From NCBI GenBank assembly GCA_051362555.1, contig CM120643.1, positions 17,860,848 to 17,924,847 on the forward strand: DNA of 64,000 bases, given 5' to 3'. Below the pieces are notes generated by a model. The model had not been told where the DNA came from. It saw only the letters and a program-made list of their open reading frames with translations, and did not search any database. The position numbers and the translations under genes are program-made. Positions 1-12,100 of the stretch are shown here, one piece after another. Within the stretch, counting starts at the first letter, position 1. The number at the start of each line of letters is the position of its first letter. Origin of the DNA: Lingula anatina (Eukaryota; Animalia; Brachiopoda).

Positions 1-585
1 TGTAAACAACGCATGGAAATATATTCTATTGTATTTTACCACTAAAACGGCCGTTATTGTAGTAAAACTAAAATCTGTGCTTGTCAATAGGGCTTTCGTG
101 CCTTTCTTCCCGGTCATCAAGGCATTCGTTGCTAATGACGTAATGGTGTCACGCGGATTCTCGCGTTCATTCGAGACCAAAATAACATATGGCGCCAAAC
201 GCATTAATACAGACGCAGACGTACGTTGCGAGTTTTTGTACAGTGCGTCGGATAACGAAAAGCCCAGAATGGCACACATTGTGGATATTAATGTATTTTT
301 TAACAAAAAGACGAATATATCTCATGAATCTTATATAGTGTTGTTGTTGTCTGCTTTTCCCGCGGTTTTAAGTAGGTCAACAGTGACTATGCGATGTCAG
401 AGAGAGTTCCGTCAGTTAAAATCTCTTAAGAGATTTTAACAAAAAACCGTACGTTTAGGAAAAAAAAACCCTGGATTAACTTTGAATGCAGGAATGGGGT
501 CGTTGACCATTGGTAAGTACGGGAAAATTGCCGTTTTTTTCCGGGAAAATCCAATTTTTGGCCAAAACGAAGAGTTATTATGACT
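1..585. mobile_element. Right part of a TTAA-flanked MITE (same family as 57271-57605)
   Basis: 423-589 aligns by eye with 57449-57609 (ctcttaagagatt...tttgaatg...ggtaag...ggccaaaa...ctttaa). The left end is not located and may lie outside the window. Confidence 0.55.
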
Positions 586-714
586 TTAAAGCTTAATTTT
601 CTAATTTTCAGCAAAGGGATAAAGGTTAAATAGCAGTAGGCATGCTTCTATCTGGTATTATATTTGACACAATCATTATTATTTTTGCAACATATTATGT
701 ATGGAAATACTCAC

Positions 715-882
715 AAAAAGTTGGTATGTGGCATTCAACCTGGCCTTGTTGTACACTATGACTTGGATAGAAACGTTGTTCTGGGCAGCACTCATACGCC
801 GTGGATCGGGCTTCATGGTAACGACTATAGCTTTGCACGTGGCCGCCGGCAGACAGACACATGTTGGCGCATTGCAGTGGTT
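715..882 (-). CDS. CUB-EGF gene exon (last one in window)
   Basis: [21 protein letters not shown]...[18 protein letters not shown]; ttgcag / gtgagt; phase 0-0. Confidence 0.8.
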
Positions 883-3800
883 CTGCAACAAAACGCTTTA
901 TGTACAAATGTCAGATTCCTCACGCGTTCATCCTTTTTACATCGTTTTTGAAAGTTCCAATGAGGGTCAAAGTGTACGTTTTAAAAGTACCGTATGTTAT
1001 ATATGTTTGTATTGAACGCTGTATGAATATCAATATTGATACAAGGAGAGGCATTGACCAATAGAAGTAAGTCAAATACAGTTGAACAAGCAGAGCTTGT
1101 TATTGGAGCGTCATGGTCAGTGAATTAGTACCTATTTGACATATAAGTAGATATACATTTGCTGTTTTAGATGACAGGGGGGAATGCTTTTTTTCTTTTA
1201 AATAACATCAATAGATTGCTAATTCCTATTTTTACGAAAGATAACAGAGAACACTTTCCCACTCTTTGATACTCTTTTATAAGCTTAAAATATTTATTTC
1301 AGCACACAAGTAATAAGAAGGTGTCATCTACAGGGGTATGATGAGACAATGCATTGACCTATAGCAACTTAAAACTGGTATCATAGGCACAGTAAAGTTA
1401 ATGGAAGTGCTCCTGAGAGTTAAACTTGTTTGTGGTAGTAAAGACATTCTGTTGTTTTTTATTCTTAACATTTGATCATTTCACTGAACTATAGGTATTG
1501 ATTTTGCTTTAACTTACATCCGTGTCAACCTGGTTGTCTTCTATTAGCTTCCCGGTGATAGCGTCGGTGATTCTGTACCGTACTCTATGTATACCACTCT
1601 CCTGATCGTGGGCTTTAACAGCAACACTAAAATAATATTGAAATATGAAAAAATATATAAAAAAAATTCAAGTTCATGTGCTGGTGTGGCAGGTAATTTT
1701 GGATGTTTATTTCATTCTTGATTTTAACCTGTTTAATTATTTGCAGTAGATTTCCCGATGCGCTCATCTAAAAAATCTTGGCTTAAATGTTTATAACTGA
1801 AATCGTAGCTACGAAAGAGAAAGCAAATACTGGGTGAACCCAAAAAACCAAGTCATAAATCAATGGACATACCTCCCAGCCTCAATAGAAGCCTGTCCTA
1901 TCACGGGGGGTCTTGCATCAACACGCAGAGTGATACTGGAGACCTTGTGGTTTCCCTTCAGATCACTGGCACGAACCCAAATTTTAACTGTGTCCTGTTC
2001 TACTCGTGGTATGTCAACAGACACGTTTTCAGGGACACCGGGAACGGTTTTCCAGTCCCCTGGGGCGTCTTTGTCGACACGATATCCTGGGCCGTACACT
2101 TTGTAGTCCACTTCGAACTTGACAATGCCGTTGATATTGGGGACTGCTTGCTGTGGGCGAAGGCCGAACTTTTGGTCATACGAAGGATCTGGGTTGTCTT
2201 CAAAGAGTGCAATTTCATCAAGGAATTGGTTCGCAAAATAGAATCTGTTCACAAAATGGTCTTTCCACGACACTGTGACAGTTGAGCCATTTTTAGATAG
2301 GGAATTGGCGCTGGAGATCCATGAGGAACGGGGTTGGTGGTTTAATGAGTCTACAGAAAGGGAGCTGTTGGCAAAAACGTCAATTGAGGAGGCAGAATCA
2401 TAGATAACAAATCGTCTGGTTTTGATACTATTGCCGGCAGCGTCAGTAACTGTCATTACAATTGAGTAAACACCTGGGTTATCAACGGTAAACTGGGTAC
2501 TGTTGTCATACTGGTCAAACTTTGCACTTAATACAGGTTCTTCAGAGAATCTGACTAGAACTTTCTTCTCCTCGCTGTACATAAGAACATATATATCTAC
2601 AGTGTATGAATCAACTCCTGCGTTCGTGTCCAACCAGCCGGACCAACTTATGTTGAAATCGCCCTGAAAATCGAACGGACACCACGGATATGAAATAACG
2701 GTTCAATTTTATGAGGTGACATTGAATTTGTTGCAGGTGATCTCTAAAACGTGAGGCACGTCTTCATAAGATTGGCATTCAAACAAAAACCACATGTTGG
2801 TTTCTAAACACGTAAAGGTTATTATAATCATAATACAACATTTATAAAACATCAAATCGTTTCTTACGAAATTAATGAACTGTATATTTATTGACCTTAT
2901 AACAAATCAATTCTAATGAAAACATCTTTACCGCCTTTGCTTTAAGGCAAAAATCTTACCGTGCTAGTAATTTGGGGCTCCACTTTCATCATATCTGTAG
3001 ATTTGCAGTTTCTCTGGCCAACAACATAACAGTGAAAAGGCTTCACGTAGTCAAACACAAACTGGGCTTTTAGCGGGTCGATACTCAGGCCTTTGTAATA
3101 CTTGGTAACAGTAGCATTGAGACCAAGAGCATAATCGTGAACCTTCATGAAACCGCCATTCTTTGCAGTTATAGTGACGTCAATCCTAAATGGTCAAACA
3201 TGGGGTTATATGCGTACGAATTTATTTGGAAAAACAGGCATAAAGAGTTGAGAAGCGTCTCTGTCAGAGCAGATTGGCCCACTATGTAGATAATACATTC
3301 ATGAATACCACGATTTCATATACCGGTAGACATACTTACGGTCGAAACATTACGTAAATTAACAAAGGCAATCAGTGACTTACAATGTATACAGTGCTAT
3401 GACAAGCAGATTATATTTTTGAATAGGTGATACTTGTAGTGTACACTTACACGTCCCCGTTCACAAAACCCCACATATACGATACAAACTTGTCACAGAA
3501 AAGAGTACCCAGGGAAGGACCATCAACATTTTGCTGTTTACATGGTATGGTGGTATTTTGCACCACGATGGCACCGCCTGGAAATACATTGCATTTCATT
3601 GCTTTAGATATGTAGAATGCAATTCATTCAAATGATCATGCTTCTATATCATTATTTTTTGCATTATGCGTGTATTAGTCCGTAGGTAAATAAGTGAATA
3701 AGAAAACAAAAGGTATAAAATTTTGTCAAAATTCAGCAAAAGCCGGGCGCCATCTTGGGACTTTTTGAACATCGTAAATTACAGAGCACTTCGTAGACAA

Positions 3801-4328
3801 CACATCTGGAATAATTCTAAATATTTCCCAGATCTCAGAAATTCTAATCTTTAACTCCTGCATTGCCATGACAAAACTTCTGGCGGGAGAGCAGCGTCAT
3901 ACGAAACATTCCATGAGACTTGGACGACGTTCAGATATTCCAAGTTAGTGTAAACCGTCTTGGTGCTGGCACTTGGGACTGCAGTAACAGCCTTAGAATG
4001 CAGTCTAAGATTAACCACAGCGTCGTGCACAGCAGGCTTCTGGGTGACTAAAGTGATAGTTTAAAACGCATTGAAATCCTAGAGGTGAAGCGTTGTGTCT
4101 GACAGATCGTGCACATCTTGCACTTTTTACATTATCATGTTTGTGTTAACAACCTTCTTGCGACTGAGAATACCTGGCGCCTTCCTAGCAACCTCATGCG
4201 ACCTTAAAATAAAACCTATGTAAACCCTGCGACGGAGACTGCCTAAAGGTTGCCAAAAGGTTTTAAGGTAGATCGGTCGTTACGTGTTCCAACGTTCGAA
4301 TATTTTTTTGAAGAGACATTAAAATTTT

Positions 4329-4368
<40 letters not shown>

Positions 4369-7300
4369 GGATCACCGATCAAATAAGAAAACTAGGCCCA
4401 AATATATTACACCCTGCATATCGCACTAGTCCCCATTCAGATCAATGGGAAAATGGGTGTTTTCTCACTAAAGCATTATTTTTTATGATTTTCTAACGTT
4501 CGAATTTTTTAAATATTTTTTTTTATGTAAAGAGGCATCCAAGTATATTTAAATTTTGCAAAAAAAAAAAAAAAAATTGGGGGTCACCGACCAGATAAGA
4601 GAACTACGCCAAGTTGAAGTGCAATACACCCTGCCTGACACGCTAGTCCCCATGTTCACTAAAACGTTATTTTTTATGATTTTCTAACGTTCGAATTTTT
4701 AATTTTGGTTTGAGTGGAGAGACATCCAAGTACGTTAAAAACTTTCATTAAGTTTAACAGTTGAAGTGAGTATACTAGCTATTTTCAGATTTGTCATACT
4801 GATGCAAAGGTATAAGCCATTAACTTTACAACAGATTTATTGAAGAGAGTAATAAGGATAAACGTCATGCATGTGAAAATAGTTTATTGCCGTTGTTATT
4901 TATTTATGTAATGAATATAACAAAACTGTGACTTTTTGACTCCTCCCCCCCCAAAAAAAAATGGAAATCAGCACACAGAAAAGCTCATTAATGTTGTATG
5001 TACCAGCACCACTCAAAAAGTCAAAAATCCACCAATAGCCAGAAAAATCTCAACAACACTGCCCTTCAAGAAATTGACGAAAACCGGAAAGACGCGATTT
5101 TCGCCGTTTTTTCCGTTATGCCCATCATAAACACTGTGTTGTCAAGTATACGCAACCGCTTTGAGTGAAATTTACCACACTTATTCTTTACATGATATAG
5201 CACCTACGTGCATAATTTTTGTTAGCTTTAGCTGTCATACTTTTACTACAGTGCCCATTCAAATTTGAAAAAGAGATATTTTCCGTCAAATTTCGTATGG
5301 AATCATAGTCGACGAATGTTGTCGAAAATCTATATCGATCGTACCAAGTTAAAGACAAGTTGATAATGTTTGTTTATCTTAAAGATAATTGTTTATTTTC
5401 TTAAATTGATAAAACAGACTGAAATGTCGTTAGAAACGATTGACGATGCGCTGAAATTGCGTTACGTAACGACCGATCTACCTTAAGCGCAGCGTTACCG
5501 AAGCTTTATTCTGTATGTAGCAATGATTCTGTCTGTATCAGTGTTAAAAGTAAAGGTTAAGTAATAAATTAAAGGTAAAGGGTGGTGCTATATATAAAAT
5601 CTATTTACATCTACATACTTGTATAGACGCAAATACATGTACCTCAGTCAACAATAATGTTATTTGTGAATATATAAAACACAAAAACGTACTTTCTAGA
5701 CAATGGTCTCCGGTAAACCCAATTGAGCAAATACATGGATCACTGGCCCCAGTACACACACCAGGGAAACAATGATGACTTTCATTTTTCCACGAGCATT
5801 TTGCTGAAAATTAAAGTACAATTTGTAGTTACTAGAAGGCACAGCAGATCCAGAAATTTTGTACAGTAGTTCATTGTATCATTTGCCCTTTGTACAGAAT
5901 AAAAATAACGAATTGCAGGAAAATTACCAGATAAACAGAGTTTATTATTCTTAGGGAAAAATTCTTTGGTACAAATTTATCTAAAGAGTCTGAGTTCACT
6001 TTACACAGCACGTACGTCTGCATGCAGTCCCCCTATTTTCAAAAGGTGGCGCTGGAGTGTCATCATAGAGACAAGACAAGCACCTGCTTGAAGACCCGTC
6101 ACGTGGGTTACACGTGACACTCTGACAATTGGCAATTGGAGGACATGCTGCAAAGAATATATTATTGACAAAATCAAATATTCTTCATTTTTATCAAATG
6201 ATTTCAAGGTATAGGTACATTTATCCCTGAACGTTGTAGTAGATCTACAAATCTAAAGGAGAAATAATCGATTTGGAAAATGAAGAGAACTTTTTCTTAT
6301 TCATATGTCCGCGTTATTGAGACACACTATGGAGCTTGAAGCACGCAGACTATTCATAGTAATTATAAATCTAATAAATAAAATTTTAATACATAAAATC
6401 AATAAATAAAGCACACATACACTTGCTGCATTTAGGTCCATAGTATCCCTTATCACAAGTGCAGTAGAATGAGCCGGGCAGATTATTGCAAACCCCATGC
6501 TCACAGTTATTGGTACCGTTGACTGATGTAGTGGCATTGCATTCGTCCACATCTAAGGCATACAAAAACCAAAGGCTGTATTAGTTCCGTCAAAGAAGGG
6601 TCTATAAGTAAAGGGCTGGCCATCAGGCAGTCATGAGAAAATTCGGATGTAGTATAGAATCTTTTTTTTTAATTTAATTGACATCACAAAACAAAACATA
6701 CACATTTCACACTAAACACATATTACAACATATATACAACAGACACAAACTAGCATACAGTAGTCTCAATAGACGTTAACAGCACTAATAAAGGGGAGTG
6801 ACAGAATGCATAGCACAAAATAACAGTAGAGTCCAGTGGCTTAAGGAAAAAATCGTGACACGGCGGATAAAAGAACCAAATTTGGCATGTGGTTACCTTT
6901 TGACATTCTTAATCAAATTAGAGCCGTAGCCCTCTGAGACAATTTACCAAAATGGCCGCCAATTAATGGTATTCAATAGGAATATATATACATACCTATG
7001 TTGATTTTCATCAAATAAAGTATTTTCTCAGAGTTTTACACATCCTTATTACCCATTTTGGATTTTTTGACCAAACGGTAAAAGTTTTCAGGGGGCTACG
7101 GCTCTAGAATGATTTTGTATGTCAAAAGGTAACCACATGCAAAATTTGGACATGCGGAACACACAGAGAGATTAATTACCACTAGCTGCTCGAGGAGGCG
7201 TGTCAGACAATTAAGCTGATCCCACTGATTGCACTTAAAATAGCGAGAATCCCCTGCAGAATTGGACCGACCCAGGTGGTGCGACGCTTGAATATGAATG

Positions 7301-9031
7301 CGGCCATGGAGGAACAGGTTTTTGAAGGTGTCATATGTTCTCAATTTCTGCCAATTGCAGATTTTTGTTGTTTTCATTTTTTCTAATTGTACAGGAAATT
7401 GGAAACAAACAGGGTCTCATATCACCCCGGCAAATATAATATACTCTTTAGCAGATTGATGAAAAGATAATTAACGGTGTTCGGTACGGCAGGATTTTCC
7501 CCCTTGTCCATTTACATAATGCGGAAATAAACATTGTCATGCTATGTGATAATGCTGTTGCATCAAAAACATCGAGGTGATGCCTTAACAATAGCTTTTA
7601 GGGTAAAAACTAGAATATCGTTTTCAAACAGATCTTCTTCACCTGAGCAGCTATCAACGTCGATTTAACGCCCATTTAATAACAATGAGCACCACCACTG
7701 GCAATATGAAATTTTCTTAGGCAGCTTACTTATTTTATCGTCAATGATGCAAAATAATACCTTTGTTTAATGGAACACCACAACCCCAAAACGAAAAGAT
7801 TTTTAAAAAACAAACAGCTTGCATCAGATTGTAGTTCCCACCCTAGCACCTGTAGTTGATCAAGCCAATTTTCCTGATAATATCTTTAAAGTAACCGATT
7901 TACGTCGGAAACTAATCATCATCTCACTTCGAGTTACAAAGCAACAACATTGACGATTTACGCTTCTCCACCCCATGTGTAGAGGCACGTGCCGTGGTGA
8001 ATAAAACAAACGAAATTGAAGTTTGTGCTCTCGAAATGTTTATTTTTATTGCGATAATATTAATATAAGTATTTCACATAAAAGAAAAGGAGAAAAAAAT
8101 TATTTTTTCAGTACAGGCCCATCTCAAGTATTGAACTCCCTTAAGCCCACAGATATAAGAATGATAATAATTCAGTAAAATGGCAACTCAATGGTTGAAT
8201 TTGTACAAAAATGGTTCCATACAGATGACATGGTTGTGCGCTAATGTACCTACCTACGCATGTCCTGGACCCCGACAACTCATAACCACGAACACAGTCA
8301 CATCTGTAGCTACCTGGGGTGTTAATACACTTATCTGAGCATCCTCCAGTATTTTTACTGCACTCGTCAATATCGACAGCCTCTGGAAACGTTGAAATAT
8401 CGACCTTTACCGAAGGCAAGGCATCCCAAAAGTTTTACATGTAGGACTAAGAGCCAGGACCCGGTTTTATAAAGGACGTTTAGCACTAACCAGTGGATAA
8501 GCCTAACCGGTGGATAAATTATCCAAACACAGTCAAAAACGGACGTGTAATTTTTTATCCAGTGTTTAGTTGCTATGAACAACTTATCCAACCATATTTG
8601 GAAATAAAGTTTCCCTGAATGCACTGGGTTTCAATAAACAAAATAAAATACCCATAATTAATCCATTGTTCATTTGTGTTGTCTGCTATTCTTTAATGTA
8701 CTTTGGCAATGTCAATAATATCTGAGAAAACAAAGAGATGATTTAGATTGATTCAGATGATTTAGATTGCCAGAGTATGTTTATGTACTTATTTTCATAA
8801 ATAAAATAAAATAATAATAATAATAATGATATCATAAAATATTCAAAATGAAATTAGTTTCATTGAAAGAGCGATTCCTTTCCGTCTCTGAAGCTAGTTG
8901 GTTTTTGAAGTAAGTTTTCTAAATACAGTATTGAATTTCTACTGAATCTAAATCTTTCAATAAGCTCTTGCTCAGTTACTCCATCAAAATCAAATAAAAC
9001 TCTTCTGAAATTTCTGTCTCTTCTCAGTGTA

Positions 9032-9103
<72 letters not shown>

Positions 9104-12100
9104 GCGAGCATTTCTGGCAAATCGCAGCAGGTTTGCCATTTTTATCCGGCGTTTAAGGAATTTAAACTACCTCCTTCGAGCGTATAAATTTAACCAACCG
9201 TTAAGACGATTTAGCCATTGGTTAGTGCTAAACAACGTTTATGAAACCCGGTTAAACGTCGCTTAAGTCAAATGCTGGATTTAACCGGTGGCTAGTGCTA
9301 AATGTCCTTTATAAAACCGGGCCCAGGTGTAAAGGCGTTTCTCTAGATTTCAGTATAATTTCAAAATGTATTTTAGAATTAGTTACTGCCGTGAACTTTT
9401 TGCATAATGAGAAATGTTACTAACAATATAAGCAATTGGTTTAATCAACAGACGTACCATATCGAGCCTCAAATCCATGGTGTCTGTAATTTGAATCGGA
9501 AGAAAAGTGAAATGTCATATAGCGACCTGATGAGTAAATTGGTTGAGGACGCTGGCCCCAGGAACTATATCCAAAAACCGCCACCAGGTTTGAGGTGGTG
9601 GAACTGTCATATATGCGAAGAACGTCTGAGTTTTCATATATATACAACACTCTAGTAAAAGTCACCTTTATCCTGTATCCCACAGGAACAGTTATATACC
9701 AGTAACAGTTTTCATTATTTCGGTAGTAATAAACGCCGTATTGTGCCGCATAGAATGTCCCCGACATCCCCGAATCAAGCCTGTAGGTGCCATCATTACA
9801 GTACTGGAAATGCAACGAATAAGTTCACACCTGGTTCCACGCACTAACATATATAATAGTACTATTTAAAGGTTTTATAATGTAGATAAATGAACGAATT
9901 ACATATGCATTTTAACCAATTACTTCATCGCTACTTTCACACCGAAAACGTATTCGGGCGATATTTACCAACGGTCTTAAGACAAATCATCAAATTAGTG
10001 AACATTCATTTTAGAGGGTAGATAGGCTACTAGCATAAGCTCAGTCGTTTGTTTGTTCAAATATACAGATGGATGTTACAAATGTTGGTGGAGTTTATGA
10101 AAATAGAGTGCATAAAAAAATCCTGTTAGTTAAAACAACATGGTCTTTTTAAAACAACATAAGACGCCAAACTCTCGCATAGCATCAGAAACAAAACCAA
10201 TAAGAAACAGAAATCATCGTTTTACAAAAAAAAAAAAAAAAAAAAAAAAAAGAATCACTTAAACAGTCTGACTCTTCCACTTAGTGGAAGGAATCGAAAG
10301 AGCTAGCAGGTTTGAATAACAATAAATGATCATTAGAGTCACTTGCTGATAACACATTAAATGGTAATTACCAGGTTCTAGTAAAAAAGATCAATGAATT
10401 CTTTCAAAGTGTTACTAGCAATTTGACGCCTCTTATACCGGTTGAAAATGTCCACCAGAACTATATAGTACCAGATGAATTTACTATTAGTGTAAATGGA
10501 TTCGAAAAACTTCTGATGTTAAGCTCTCAAAGGCTATAGGTCCTGACCAAATCCCAAATTGGGTCATCAGAGATTTTGCAGGCTTCATGTCCAAGCCCTT
10601 GAGCGCAATTTTAATAGCTCTATCAGAGAGGGATATGTACCTGACACTTGGAAATCTGCAGAGGTAATACCTGTCCCTAAAGTTAACCAACCAAAAGTGA
10701 TAGAGGCTGATCTTAGACCAATATCGCTTACACCAGTGTGAGTAAAATATTAGAGTCATTTGTGGCAAAATGGGTGATGGGTGGCCTGCAAATCGATAGG
10801 TCCCAATTTGGAGTAGTCAAAAATAGCTCTACTACCCACGCTCTAGTAGAACTGACTTACAAAGTACTAGAAGGTCTTGAACCATCTGCTAAAACCAAAT
10901 CTTATTCCCAAGTTTTATTTTTAGATTTTTCTAAGGCATTTGACAGAATAGACCACAGCATCTTAATTGAAAAACTGGGCAGTCAAGGGATTCCAGAGTT
11001 TATTAGGAAGTGGATTTACTCCTTTTATGCCAAAAGTAGGGCCTATCAGAGAGTGAAATGTGGTCAGTGTAAATCTGACTGGGTCCAGCTTAACGGAGGG
11101 GTACCTCACGGGACAAAGTTAGGTCCGATCCTGTTTATAGCTATGATAGGGCCTAAATGATCTAAAAACCTGCTGCCCACATATAAAATTTGTTGATGAG
11201 ACATCTATTTATGAAATTTGTCAGTTTGGCCAAAAGTCACTACTTCCACAGGCAATAGAGCAACTTGAAAATTGGGTTAGAAAAAACAATATGAAATTGA
11301 ACGTAAAGAAGACAAAATGTATGGATTTTAACTTTACCAAATGTATAGATACCATACCAACACCATTGGTAGATGGAGAAATTGTAGAAAGAGTGAGTTA
11401 ATTTAAGCTACTGGGAGTAGGCCTAACTCTGACCCCTGATCTCAAGTGGACAGAACATGTGCAGTTAATTTATTCCAAGTCTTGTGCCAAGCTTTTTTAT
11501 CTCATTCAGTTGAAAAGGGCAAATCTGACCACTGAGGATCTAATAGTTATATATCAATCAATAATTAGATCAGTCCTAGAATATGCATGCCCTGTGTGGG
11601 GGCCTGGTCTTACAGCCGAACAATGTGAATGCTTAGAATCTGTTCAGAGGAGAGCTCGTAGAATTATTTACCCATTTTATACTTACAAGGATGCCCTACA
11701 GGCTAGTATGGCCTAATCTCCTCTCTCTGAGGAGAGAAGAGACGTTTATTAAGTTACACCATCTGTTTAAAGAGAAGAATCCAAGAAATCTCAGGTTCAG
11801 CAACAAATTTTTAATACCAAGAGTGAAAACGGAGCGTTTTAAATCATCCTTTGTAATGCACAGTCTTTTAAATTTCATGTAAAATACTGCTCCAAATTGT
11901 CTTTTAAGTCTTGTTTTAAAGCTTTGGTCTTTTAGTTTATAATTTTTAGTTACTTTTAAATACCTTATGATTTTATTAATGATACATTGTAAAACTTCAA
12001 CCTCTGGGTTGCGATTATAGCAAATAAATCGTTCACGCTCATCCGTTCTGCTCACGCGCACAAAGCGCAGGCATATCTGAGAGACTTCCAGCGTGTACAG

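Noticed and set aside
29-439. 136-aa plus-strand ORF
   Set aside because: Non-ATG start, lies in an intronic repeat, no domain signature.
7096-7970. Possible decayed transposase fragment next to the MITE remnant
   Set aside because: No recognisable motifs in the minus-strand frames I translated.
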